A stretch of 59,735 bases of DNA, taken from the NCBI GenBank assembly GCA_005882765.1, contig VBDV01000113.1:1-59735 (forward strand), read 5' to 3'. The position numbers and the translations under genes were made by a program. This DNA comes from Chloroflexota bacterium (GTDB taxonomy: Bacteria; Chloroflexota; Limnocylindria; P2-11E). A model generated the notes under the pieces. That model made no database searches. It saw only the letters and a program-made list of their open reading frames with translations, and had not been told where the DNA came from. Position 1 is the stretch's first letter; each line of letters starts with the position of its first letter. Below are positions 28,846 through 37,496 of this stretch, piece by piece.

Positions 28846-28922
28846 TGGCGGTCCCGACCGGATTCGAACCGGCGATCTCGTCCTTGACAGGGACGTATGC
28901 TAGGCCGCTGCACCACGGGACC
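28846..28922 (-). tRNA. tRNA-Asp(GTC)
   Basis: GGTCCCGTGGTGCAGCGGCCTAGCATACGTCCCTGTCAAGGACGAGATCGCCGGTTCGAATCCGGTCGGGACCGCCA; anticodon GTC, CCA encoded. Confidence 0.97.
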
Positions 28923-28966
28923 GAACAGAAAAAGCGCGCTTTTGCGCTCTCCCCTCAGACCATTAT

Positions 28967-29009
28967 GAAGAAAAAGAGGCGGCGAGTGCGCTTCCTTTCA
29001 CTCGCCGCC
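28967..29009 (-). terminator. Intrinsic terminator after the gene at 29034-29342
   Basis: 11-bp stem GGCGGCGAGTG/CACTCGCCGCC followed by TCTTTTTCTT on the minus strand. Confidence 0.75.
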
Positions 29010-29033
29010 CCGCCGGTGTGGCCAAACTGATCG

Positions 29034-29342
29034 CTAGCTCGCCGCGAGGAGTCCCTCCCGCAACGGCGTTCCCCCAATGCGCACCTGCCGCACGACCTCG
29101 TTCGCGATCCGGCTCGTCTTTACGAGGCCGCTGAGCGCGAGGTCGAGACCGACCTCGCGAAGCTCCTCATATCCGAGCCCTCGATAGAGCTTGTTCGAGG
29201 CCACGTAGCACATCTCGTCGTACAGGAACGGCCAATCGACTGCCCGTCGTGACAAGCAAAACGAGATGAAATCGATCGCCACCTGAGCGATCCGATCTTC
29301 GGGCACCCCTTCCTTCCCCTTTGCCTTGTCGGCCTCGCGCAT
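29034..29342 (-). CDS. Hypothetical protein (~102 aa; ORF open to 29456)
   Basis: Protein-like segment DFISFCLSRRAVDWPFLYDEMCYVAS...YRGLGYEEL; followed by a terminator. Confidence 0.7.
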   Translation of the reverse strand: MREADKAKGKEGVPEDRIAQVAIDFISFCLSRRAVDWPFLYDEMCYVASNKLYRGLGYEELREVGLDLALSGLVKTSRIANEVVRQVRIGGTPLREGLLAAS

Positions 29343-29375
29343 GATCGTCAGGTGGTCGTCCGCGAACAAGACGAT

Positions 29376-29442
29376 CTGTCCACCAACTTCTCCACAGACT
29401 TCTCCACACGCTCGCGTGCGGCGGTCCACCGAGATATCCACA
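29376..29442 (+). promoter_or_regulatory. DnaA-box-like array
   Basis: CTGTCCACC 29376, TTCTCCACA 29388, TTCTCCACA 29400, CGGTCCACC 29422, ATATCCACA 29434. Confidence 0.6.
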
Positions 29443-29452
29443 GATGTGATAG

Positions 29453-30658
29453 TCATCGCGACCGGTGTCCGCTGAAGCGACGCCGCTCTTTTACCTCGCG
29501 TGCACTCGCGCGATCGAGCGCGCCGTCGCCGAAACGCGAGCGAACTGCATCTAACGCGGCGTTGAGCCGCGCGTGACGGGCGGCGTCGAATAATCCGAGC
29601 TGCTCGCCCGCGGTCACGCCCGAGACCGAAACGCCGATGAGCCGGACAGGGCTGGTTCGACCGCCTTCGCGATCCTGCGCAAGGGCGTCGCGAAGGAGCT
29701 GACGCGCGGTTCGATAGATCGTGACGTCGTCATCGGTTGGTTCACGAAGCGTGCGTTGACGCGTGCGGGTTTCGAACGGCGCGACGCGGAGCGTCATGGT
29801 GATCGTCCGCCCACGGAGGGTGTGATCGCGCAGGCGGCGACCGACTCCTTCCGCAAGGCGGAGAAGCGTCGACTCGATCTTCGCCGTGTCGAGCGTGTTC
29901 GCATCGAACGTATGCGAATGTCCAACGGATTTCGGCGTGTGCTCGCTCTGGACCTCGCCCTCGTCGATCCCGTTCGCGCGCTGCCAGATGTCCGTTCCGT
30001 GCTCCCCCAGGCGCGTCTCCAAGACCGACCGGTCGAAGGCGGCGAGCTGGCCGATCGTCCGGAGATCCCACCCCGCGAGCACTTCCCGCGTCCGCGGGCC
30101 GACGCCCCAAAGCCGCTCGAGGGGGAGTGGCGCGAGGAACGCCCCCTCGCCACCGGCGGGCACGATGACAAGGCCGTCCGGCTTCCGGAGGTCGGAACCG
30201 ACTTTCGCGCAGAGCTTGTTCGTGGCGACGCCGACCGAGACGACCAGTCCGCAGCGCTCCCGGACCGCCCGCTTGATCTGCGTGGCCATCGCGACAGCGC
30301 CGCCGAATAGATGTTCGGTCGCGGTGACGTCGAGGAAGGCCTCGTCGAGGGAGATCGGTTCGACCAGCGGTGTCTGCTCCTCGAATATCGCCATGACCGC
30401 GTCCGACGCTTCGACGTAGCGATCGAAGTTACCCGGCACGTAGATCCCGTCCGGGCAGAGCCGTCCAGCGATCGCGAGCGGCATCGCGGACCGGACGCCG
30501 AAGGCGCGTGCCTCGTAGGACGCGGCCATCACCACGCCGCGTTCGTTCGGGCCGTCGCCGCCGACGATCACCGGTTTGCCGCGGTACTCGGGATGGTCGC
30601 GCTGCTCGACCGACGCGTAGAAGGCGTCCAGGTCGCAGTGCAGGATGGCGCGCGTCAT
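29453..30658 (-). CDS. dinB: DNA polymerase IV (Y-family)
   Basis: HCDLDAFYASVE, AASYEAR.FGV.SAM, SLDEAFLD, SVGVATNKLCAK, QLGLF clamp motif. Confidence 0.95.
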   Translation of the reverse strand: MTRAILHCDLDAFYASVEQRDHPEYRGKPVIVGGDGPNERGVVMAASYEARAFGVRSAMPLAIAGRLCPDGIYVPGNFDRYVEASDAVMAIFEEQTPLVEPISLDEAFLDVTATEHLFGGAVAMATQIKRAVRERCGLVVSVGVATNKLCAKVGSDLRKPDGLVIVPAGGEGAFLAPLPLERLWGVGPRTREVLAGWDLRTIGQLAAFDRSVLETRLGEHGTDIWQRANGIDEGEVQSEHTPKSVGHSHTFDANTLDTAKIESTLLRLAEGVGRRLRDHTLRGRTITMTLRVAPFETRTRQRTLREPTDDDVTIYRTARQLLRDALAQDREGGRTSPVRLIGVSVSGVTAGEQLGLFDAARHARLNAALDAVRSRFGDGALDRASAREVKERRRFSGHRSR

Positions 30659-31785
30659 GCGAACCGCACCCCCACCGTCGTCGCGTCCGGCGCCAGGAAG
30701 CGCAGAAGGTCGTGGCCCTCCGCCTCGACGGCAACGAGTTCCCGTGGCGGGAGCCGAGCGAACGGGGCGACGCGCAGGACTGCCTCGCCCTTCGCGCGGA
30801 TGAGGCCCCACGTCGCGGCAGCGAATCCATCCACCAGAACCACGGCCTCGACGATGCCGTTTTTGGCGTAAATCGCAGGCCGATGCGCCGGCGCGATCAG
30901 GCGATCCCGATGCTGGTAGGCGATGAGCAGCTCGTCGTAGCGCGGAAGGAAGCGCACCGGCGCCTTTACCGCGGAGCTGGGACGGATCGCGCGCGGCATG
31001 TCGTAAAGGATGCGCCCCGTTTCGTCCTTGAAGATCAGAAGCTTCGAGGCCGTGCCCTCGAGCGCGGGCCGCACTCGCGGCGGCGCTTGGCCCGCGAACT
31101 TCGCGACGTCAGCGAGTGTGACTGGGCCGAACGCGGAGACGCACCGACGCACGAGGATCTCGAGCGCGTCTTGCTCAGATGGTCGTTTGCCCCGTGAGAT
31201 CCAGTGGCGCGCGGCCACATAGGGAGCGTCGGTTCCGCCGTATTCCCAATGTCCGCCGGGTGGTGCGGTCACCAGATCGGCATGGGCGCTCACGAAGCGC
31301 CAGACGAGCCAGTTGAAGGGACCGCCGAGCGCTCCTCCGAGCCGCTCCCGGATGTGTTCGAGCACATCCTCCTTTGGACGGGGCGTGCGGGCGAAGGCGA
31401 TCGCCAGTGCGGCCACCTTCTTCGGGTCCACGCCCCTGCCGATCTGCAAGCGATTCCACGCGCCACGCTGGAGGTCCTGCGTCGCGACCGCGTAGGCATA
31501 GAAGTCCCGGGCCGAGACGAGATGAAGCGTGCCCCGCATGAGTCTCGCGCGGACCACGTCGTGCCGCTCGATCGCCGACCAGAGCTTCTCGCGTCGGAAG
31601 CCCGCCAGGCGCGACCAGAGTGCGATGTATGGAGAGGGCGACGATTGTGCCTGCAGTGCCGCGAGTCGCTCGATCGCGGGCACCACGCCGATGTCCGCCC
31701 GCTCGAGGAGGAGCTGTCGCGCGAGCATCGCGCGGTTGAGCTCGCGGAGCGTGAGAACGGCATGAGCGGTAGACGTCTTCGTCAT
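30655..31785 (-). CDS. AlkZ-like (HTH_42 winged-helix) DNA glycosylase
   Basis: LNRA.LARQ.LL.R, QAQ, LWSRL, RGTLHLVS, FGP....D, RFLPRYD. Confidence 0.9.
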   Translation of the reverse strand: MTKTSTAHAVLTLRELNRAMLARQLLLERADIGVVPAIERLAALQAQSSPSPYIALWSRLAGFRREKLWSAIERHDVVRARLMRGTLHLVSARDFYAYAVATQDLQRGAWNRLQIGRGVDPKKVAALAIAFARTPRPKEDVLEHIRERLGGALGGPFNWLVWRFVSAHADLVTAPPGGHWEYGGTDAPYVAARHWISRGKRPSEQDALEILVRRCVSAFGPVTLADVAKFAGQAPPRVRPALEGTASKLLIFKDETGRILYDMPRAIRPSSAVKAPVRFLPRYDELLIAYQHRDRLIAPAHRPAIYAKNGIVEAVVLVDGFAAATWGLIRAKGEAVLRVAPFARLPPRELVAVEAEGHDLLRFLAPDATTVGVRFA

Positions 31786-32900
31786 CCGCGCACTCCGTGC
31801 GTTTTGGACTGCGGCGCGTAGAAACGGACGAGCTTTTCGCCCTCCTCGGCCAGAGCAGCGCGATCGGCCCGCGCGAGCGGTTTGAAGGGCCGGAGCTCGA
31901 GTACCGCCTCCTTCGGCCGAACGGCGATCGTCCACCGGCCGGCGACGAAGCCATCGACGACGAACGTGGTCCACACCTCGGCCGAGAAGATGACCTGCTT
32001 GCGGAAAGCCTCGGGGAGGATGCGCGTCCGCTCCGGCGCGGCGTGGCCGAGTAGCGCCGCGTCGAACCGTGCGAGGAATCGCACCGGTGCAGGCACGTCG
32101 GCGGCCGGTCGCGGGGCGCTGGCGAGGTCGATCAGGTCGCGTCCGCGCTCGTCGGTGAAATGTCGCAGGTCCGTCATCCGCGCGAGGGCCGCGCGGATGT
32201 TCGGAACGCGAACGCTGCTCCATGTCGCGATGTCGGCAACAGTCGCCGGGCCGAAGGCGCCGAGATGCCGCCGCACCACGAGGTCATACGCGGCATCAGG
32301 CTTGGGGGCCTTCCTGAGCTTTGCACGCGGCGCGACGTGCCGGGCCAGTTGCCGGTGGTCGAAATGCGCTCCCGTAGCGTCCCAAATGAGTCCGCTTGTC
32401 GCGACCGCGGCCCACGTGAACCAGTTCCGGAGCCTGGGGTTCCTTGCGGCACTCGGCGGAAGGTGGGCCGCGCTGAATTCCTCGATCTCGGTGCGGGTTC
32501 GGGGGGTCTTGGCCGCGAACGTCATGACCTTCTTATGCAGCCCCTCGAGATCAGCCAGTGCGGGGCCGCCCGGCGGGCGCCACGCGCCGAAGCGGCCTTC
32601 CATCGTCGCGAGCGAGTACGCCGGATACTCGCCTGCCGAGACAAGATGCAGCGTCGCCCGCATCAGGGTCGCTTTCACGACCTGCCCGCGGTCGATAGCA
32701 CGCGTGAGCTCGTCGCGCTTGAAGCTCGCAAGACGAGACCAGAGCGCGACATACGGCGACGGCGCCCACTGACCCTGAAGGCAGCCCAGACGCTCGACCG
32801 CGTCGACCACATCGATCTTCTGGCGTTTCAGCAGGAACTGCCGCGCCAGGAGCGCGCGATTCAGCTCACGAATGGTGAGCGAGGGAACGCGTAGCGGCAT
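31782..32900 (-). CDS. AlkZ-like (HTH_42 winged-helix) DNA glycosylase, paralog
   Basis: LNRALLARQFLL, QGQ, LWSRL, RATLHLVS, FGPATVAD, RFLARFD. Confidence 0.9.
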   Translation of the reverse strand: MPLRVPSLTIRELNRALLARQFLLKRQKIDVVDAVERLGCLQGQWAPSPYVALWSRLASFKRDELTRAIDRGQVVKATLMRATLHLVSAGEYPAYSLATMEGRFGAWRPPGGPALADLEGLHKKVMTFAAKTPRTRTEIEEFSAAHLPPSAARNPRLRNWFTWAAVATSGLIWDATGAHFDHRQLARHVAPRAKLRKAPKPDAAYDLVVRRHLGAFGPATVADIATWSSVRVPNIRAALARMTDLRHFTDERGRDLIDLASAPRPAADVPAPVRFLARFDAALLGHAAPERTRILPEAFRKQVIFSAEVWTTFVVDGFVAGRWTIAVRPKEAVLELRPFKPLARADRAALAEEGEKLVRFYAPQSKTHGVRG

Positions 32901-32912
32901 CGATCGACGAAG

Positions 32913-33524
32913 CTAGGACAGTTTGCGGATTACGCCGATGACCTTCCCTTGGATCTGCACATCCCGCGCGTAGATGGGGGACATGGCGCCGTTCGCGGGC
33001 TGCAGCCGGATACGGTCCTTCTCTTTGTAGAACCGCTTGAGCGTCGCGACATTGTCCTCGAGCACCGCGACGACGATGTCGCCGTCGCGCGCTGTGTTCT
33101 GCTCCTGCACGACGACGAAGTCGCCATCGTCGATGTGGTCCTCGATCATCGACTTACCGCGAACTTTCAGCACGAAGGTCTCGCGTCCGCGCCCCGCCGC
33201 GAGCTCGCTCGGGAGTCCGATGGTTTCGGAGCGGTCCTCGTAGGCGTGGATTGGCTGACCTGCGGCGATCTCGCCGACGACCGGAGCCTGCACCACCCGA
33301 CCGCCGTTCATGCCAGGGAGACTGAGGGCTCGTGACCGAGTGGCCTCCTTGTTGAGGCGCCCGTCCTTCTCGAGCTTGGTGAGGTGGTGATGAACGGCCG
33401 ATGTCGAGGCGAGCCCCACCGCCTCCGCGATCTCGCGCACGCTCGGGGGATATCCCCTTTCGGCGACGGCCTCGCGGATAAACGCCAGGATGCGGTCCGC
33501 CCGCTGCTGGTCTTGCTTTGTCAC
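32913..33524 (-). CDS. lexA: SOS repressor LexA
   Basis: GYPPSVREI HTH, AG cleavage site (IAAGQP), catalytic GKSM and TLKR. Confidence 0.97.
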   Translation of the reverse strand: MTKQDQQRADRILAFIREAVAERGYPPSVREIAEAVGLASTSAVHHHLTKLEKDGRLNKEATRSRALSLPGMNGGRVVQAPVVGEIAAGQPIHAYEDRSETIGLPSELAAGRGRETFVLKVRGKSMIEDHIDDGDFVVVQEQNTARDGDIVVAVLEDNVATLKRFYKEKDRIRLQPANGAMSPIYARDVQIQGKVIGVIRKLS

Positions 33525-33535
33525 GCTTGTTCCTG

Positions 33536-33565
33536 AGGGTAACCGAACGGATGTTCAGTTGTCAA
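33536..33565 (-). promoter_or_regulatory. lexA promoter with SOS box
   Basis: TTGACA(33565-33560)-18nt-TACCCT(33541-33536), with GAAC-ggat-GTTC (33545-33556) in the spacer. Confidence 0.85.
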
Positions 33566-33587
33566 GCGCGCCCGTATTCTCCGCCCG

Positions 33588-34355
33588 ATGCCGCTCGATC
33601 CGGTCGTTATCCGGGACAACCTCTTGGACTACGGCGCGCGGACCTTCTGGGCCCTCATCGTGGCCGCGATCACCCTACTTATCGCGCGGGGCGTCCGCGG
33701 CGCGACGATGCGCATGCTCGCCCGCAATCGCGCCCAGGCGAACGTCACGATCCTTCTCGGCAACCTCGCGCAGCTCGTCATCATCACCGTCGGCATCCTC
33801 GCGATCGTCGCGATCTACACCCGCGACGCCTTCGGCTGGATCCTCACCTCGTTCAGCGTCGTTGGTCTGGTCATCGGCCTCTCGCTACAGGACATCCTCA
33901 AGAACTTCTTCGCCGGCGTATGGGTCCTGGTCGAGCGGCCGTTCCGGATCGGGGACGCGATAGAGGTCGCCGGATACAGCGGCTCGGTTGAGGAGATCTC
34001 CTTCCGCACGACGCAGCTGCGCACCGACGACGGTCGCGAGGTCATCGTGCCGAACGGCACGTTCATGACGTCCGCGGTCGTCAATCTCACCCGCTTCCCG
34101 ACCCGAAGAGCCTCGGCATGGCTCGTCCTCCCCGCGGACGAGAAGGCCGTCACCGCCGAGGACGTTCGCGCGGCGCTGCAGAAAGCCGAGGGGGTGTCGC
34201 CCGAGCCGCCGCCATCGGTCGAGCTGCGCAGCGTTTCCGACGGCAAAGCTCAGTACGTCGTTTCGTTCTGGGCTGCCAATCGCGATGCGGCCCTCGCTCC
34301 CGCCCTGCGCGCGCTTCGGGCACGGTTCCCGCAGGGAGAGGTCCACGTTGGCTAA
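33588..34355 (+). CDS. Small-conductance mechanosensitive channel (MscS family)
   Basis: Three TM helices, GLSLQDILKNFFAG, RPFRIGD, IVPNG. Confidence 0.9.
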   Translation: MPLDPVVIRDNLLDYGARTFWALIVAAITLLIARGVRGATMRMLARNRAQANVTILLGNLAQLVIITVGILAIVAIYTRDAFGWILTSFSVVGLVIGLSLQDILKNFFAGVWVLVERPFRIGDAIEVAGYSGSVEEISFRTTQLRTDDGREVIVPNGTFMTSAVVNLTRFPTRRASAWLVLPADEKAVTAEDVRAALQKAEGVSPEPPPSVELRSVSDGKAQYVVSFWAANRDAALAPALRALRARFPQGEVHVG

Positions 34356-34821
34356 CCGCATACGCGTTCCGAAGGACATGACCGAGGTGGTGGACATCGT
34401 CCGGCGCCTGCCGACGTACATCCGTCTGGTGTGGGCGCTGCTCCGTGATGGCCGCGTCCCCGCACAGCAAAAGCTCATCCTCGCGGGGATCGGCGCTTAT
34501 CTCTTCTTTCCGATCGATCTCATCCCGGATTTCGTCCCCGTCCTCGGCCAGCTGGACGACCTCGCCGTGGTACTGCTCGGCCTCGACCTCTTCATCCGCA
34601 GCGCGCCGCCGGACATCGTGGAGGAGCACCTGGCGAAGATCTCGCAGGACAAGGATCAGCTCAGCCGCGACATCGCCACGGCCGAGCGGCTCCTCGGAGA
34701 CCGTCTCGGCGACGTCCGCGATACTGTGGACAAATTCCGCACCCGGGGGGAGGGGCCCCCGATGGGGCAGGGGCCCCAGGGTCGTAAGGCGGCGGGTCGG
34801 AAGAAGAGGGAGAGCACATGA
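34348..34821 (+). CDS. YkvA/DUF1232 family protein (start approximate)
   Basis: YLFFPIDLIPDFVPVLGQLDD. Confidence 0.88.
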   Translation: MANRIRVPKDMTEVVDIVRRLPTYIRLVWALLRDGRVPAQQKLILAGIGAYLFFPIDLIPDFVPVLGQLDDLAVVLLGLDLFIRSAPPDIVEEHLAKISQDKDQLSRDIATAERLLGDRLGDVRDTVDKFRTRGEGPPMGQGPQGRKAAGRKKREST

Positions 34822-34997
34822 GCGACCGCGACTCCGGTCCCGGTTTCTTCGGCGTCATCGAGGCGCTGCTCGCGATCGTCGGCGCTCTCACGGTCATGGG
34901 CGTCCTCGCCGTCGCGGCGTCGGTGCTCGCCTGGGAAATGGAGCTGCGGCGCAGCGAGCAGGACACGGCGCTCGACGAGGCGTCCACCTCCTCCTAG
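34818..34997 (+). CDS. 59-aa membrane micro-protein (not in ORF track)
   Basis: ATGA-coupled start, RBS GAGGGAG, MSDRDSGPGFFGVIEALLAIVGALTVMGVLAVAASVLAWEMELRR... Confidence 0.65.
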   Translation: MSDRDSGPGFFGVIEALLAIVGALTVMGVLAVAASVLAWEMELRRSEQDTALDEASTSS

Positions 34998-35003
34998 CTT
35001 CGC

Positions 35004-35450
35004 GTGCGCGTCATCCTCAAAGCGGAAGTCCCCGGTCTCGGCCGGACCGGTGACATCAAGGATGTCGCCGACGGCTATGCCCGCAACTACCTGCTGCCGA
35101 AGGGCCTTGCCATCGAGGCGACCGGCGGGGAGCTCAAGCATCTCGCCCAGGAACGCCAAGCCGAGCGAACGAAGAAGGATCGCGCGCATCAGGACGCCGA
35201 GGAGCTCGCGAGTCGTCTCGCCGAGGTCACGCTTGTGTTCCGGCTCAAGGCGGGGGAGCACGGAAAGACGTTCGGTAGCGTGACCGCAAAGGAGGTGGCC
35301 GAGGCTCTGAAGAAAGAGGCGAAGGCCGAGATCGACAAGACCAAGATCGTCCTCCACGAGCCGCTCCGGTCGCTCGGTATCCACAAGGTCGAGGTGCGTC
35401 TCCTGGCGGACGTCCGAGCTGACGTGACGATCGCGATCGAGCCGGCCTAG
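35004..35450 (+). CDS. rplI: 50S ribosomal protein bL9
   Basis: MRVIL...LG..GDI.DVADGYARNYLLP, FGSVT, LGIH. Confidence 0.97.
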   Translation: MRVILKAEVPGLGRTGDIKDVADGYARNYLLPKGLAIEATGGELKHLAQERQAERTKKDRAHQDAEELASRLAEVTLVFRLKAGEHGKTFGSVTAKEVAEALKKEAKAEIDKTKIVLHEPLRSLGIHKVEVRLLADVRADVTIAIEPA

Positions 35451-35453
35451 GCC

Positions 35454-37496
35454 GTGGCCCAAGCGCTTCGCCGGCCGGGGGTGCGCCTCGTCCTGACCAG
35501 CGCGACGCTGCTCTTTGTCGAGCTGGTGCTCCTGCGCTGGATCCCAGCCAACGTGACGTACATCGGTTTCTTCTCCAACTTCCTCTTGATGGCGAGCTTC
35601 CTCGGTATCGGCGTCGGGATCCTCTTCGGACGGCGTCTCGCGAACGCCGCGTGGTCACCCTTCCCGTTGCTGCTTCTGCTCGTCGTCGCCCTGATCCTCG
35701 GCGCGAAGCTGGACGTGCAGATCCGCGCGAGCGACGAGATCTTCTTCGGACTCGCGGAGAGCCACGCGGCCGACACGAACTTCCTGGTGCTCCCGCTCGT
35801 CTTCGTCCTCGTCGCCGCGGTGATGGGCGCGCTCGCGCTGCCGCTCGGCTCGCTCCTCCGCTCGATGCCCCCTCTCCGCGCGTACGCCCTCGATATCGCA
35901 GGGTCGATCGGCGGCATCGCGCTCTTTGTGGGCCTCTCCGTCCTGAGCTTGCAGCCGCCGGTCTGGTTCGGCGTCCTCGGAGCCCTGCTGGCCGGCCGCG
36001 CGCTCGCGTATCCGCTGAGCCGCTTCTCCATCGTCAACGGCGCATTCGTCATCGCGACCTGCGGACTCGTGATCGGCGCGACGGCCAGTGGCGATCTCTG
36101 GTCTCCCTACTACCGGATCAGCGTGCAGCGCCCGGCGGGATCGGATGCGACGATCTCGGTGAACGGGATCCCGCACCAGGCGATGCATGCGGTAGACATC
36201 GACCCGCCCGCGGCCGAGCCCTTCTACGATCAGATCTACCAGTGGTTTCCGGGCCGGAGCTTCGGGCACGCGCTCGTCGTCGGCGCCGGAAGCGGGACGG
36301 ACACGGCGTATGCCCTCGCCAACAAGGTCCAGGCCATCGACGCCGTGGAGATCGACCCGCGCATCCTGGAGCTTGGCGAGCGCGAGCATCCCAATCATCC
36401 GTACTCCGACCCGCGCGTCCGCGAGTACGTCGACGACGGGCGCGCATTCCTTCGGTCCAGCGGGGATCGCTACGACCTGATCGTGTTCGCCCTTCCCGAC
36501 TCGCTGACGCTCGTGAGCACGAGCGCGAACGTCCGCCTGGAGTCCTTTCTCTTTACGCGCGAGGCGTTCGCGAGCGCGCGCGACCACCTCGCGCCGAACG
36601 GCGTGTTCGTCCTCTACAACTACTACCGGCAGCCGTGGCTCCTCGCGAAGATCGAGGGAATGCTGACGGACGTCTTTGGGACCGAGCCGCTGGTGCGCGA
36701 GTACGACGCTCCGATTGGTTCCGCGGCGGTGCTCGCGGCGAGCCCCGGCGACCTTCAGGTGTCGGGTCAGGCGGCGCTCCTGAGCGCGGCGATCGCGAAC
36801 GACCGACCTGCCGCCGCGACGGATGACTGGCCCTTCCTCTATCTACGCGATCGTGTGATCGCGCCCTACTACATCCTTGCGCTCATCTTCGTCCTTCTGG
36901 TCGCCGGCATAGCGACCGTGCTCGCCGCGCGCCTCGTGTCCGCACCGATTGCGGCGTTCAGTCCGCACTTCTTCCTCCTCGGCGCGGCGTTCCTACTCCT
37001 CGAAACCCGGAGCCTCACCATGTTCAGCCTTCTGTTCGGCACGACCTGGACGGTCAACGCGATGGCCTTCGCGGCGATCCTTACCAGCGTGCTGCTCGCG
37101 ATCGGCGTGAACGCGATGACGAAGCCGCCGCGCGCGGTGCTCTACTCGGGTCTTGGGGTCACGCTCGTCATCGCGTATGTGCTCCCACCGTCGGCGCTGC
37201 TCTTCGATCCGGCGTGGCTCCGCTACCTCGCGGCGGCGGTTATCGCTTTTGCCCCGGTGTTCTTCGCGAACCTCGTGTTCACGGCGTCGTTCCGAGAAAC
37301 GCGGACCGCCGACATGGCGTTCGCCTCGAATCTCATCGGCGCGATGATCGGCGGCGTCCTCGAGTACGCCGCGCTCGTCACGGGTTACCAGGCGCTCCTG
37401 ATCATCATCGCCGCTCTCTACGTGGCGGCGTATCTCGCGGGTTCACGCGTCCGGCTCTTGGCGGATCGCCGCCTGGTCACGGCCGAGCCGGCTTAG
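35454..37496 (+). CDS. Membrane-embedded spermidine synthase-like SAM-dependent protein
   Basis: N- and C-terminal TM bundles around VVGAGSGTD, VEIDP, DDGRAF, ATDDWPFLY. Confidence 0.85.
   Translation: MAQALRRPGVRLVLTSATLLFVELVLLRWIPANVTYIGFFSNFLLMASFLGIGVGILFGRRLANAAWSPFPLLLLLVVALILGAKLDVQIRASDEIFFGLAESHAADTNFLVLPLVFVLVAAVMGALALPLGSLLRSMPPLRAYALDIAGSIGGIALFVGLSVLSLQPPVWFGVLGALLAGRALAYPLSRFSIVNGAFVIATCGLVIGATASGDLWSPYYRISVQRPAGSDATISVNGIPHQAMHAVDIDPPAAEPFYDQIYQWFPGRSFGHALVVGAGSGTDTAYALANKVQAIDAVEIDPRILELGEREHPNHPYSDPRVREYVDDGRAFLRSSGDRYDLIVFALPDSLTLVSTSANVRLESFLFTREAFASARDHLAPNGVFVLYNYYRQPWLLAKIEGMLTDVFGTEPLVREYDAPIGSAAVLAASPGDLQVSGQAALLSAAIANDRPAAATDDWPFLYLRDRVIAPYYILALIFVLLVAGIATVLAARLVSAPIAAFSPHFFLLGAAFLLLETRSLTMFSLLFGTTWTVNAMAFAAILTSVLLAIGVNAMTKPPRAVLYSGLGVTLVIAYVLPPSALLFDPAWLRYLAAAVIAFAPVFFANLVFTASFRETRTADMAFASNLIGAMIGGVLEYAALVTGYQALLIIIAALYVAAYLAGSRVRLLADRRLVTAEPA

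Noticed and set aside
29376-29442. DnaA-box arrays (here and 41582-41646) as oriC
   Set aside because: No adjacent dnaA/dnaN and no clear AT-rich unwinding element; kept only as regulatory or titration candidates
34725-34733. Single perfect TTGTCCACA (minus strand)
   Set aside because: Isolated and inside a CDS, so it could be chance
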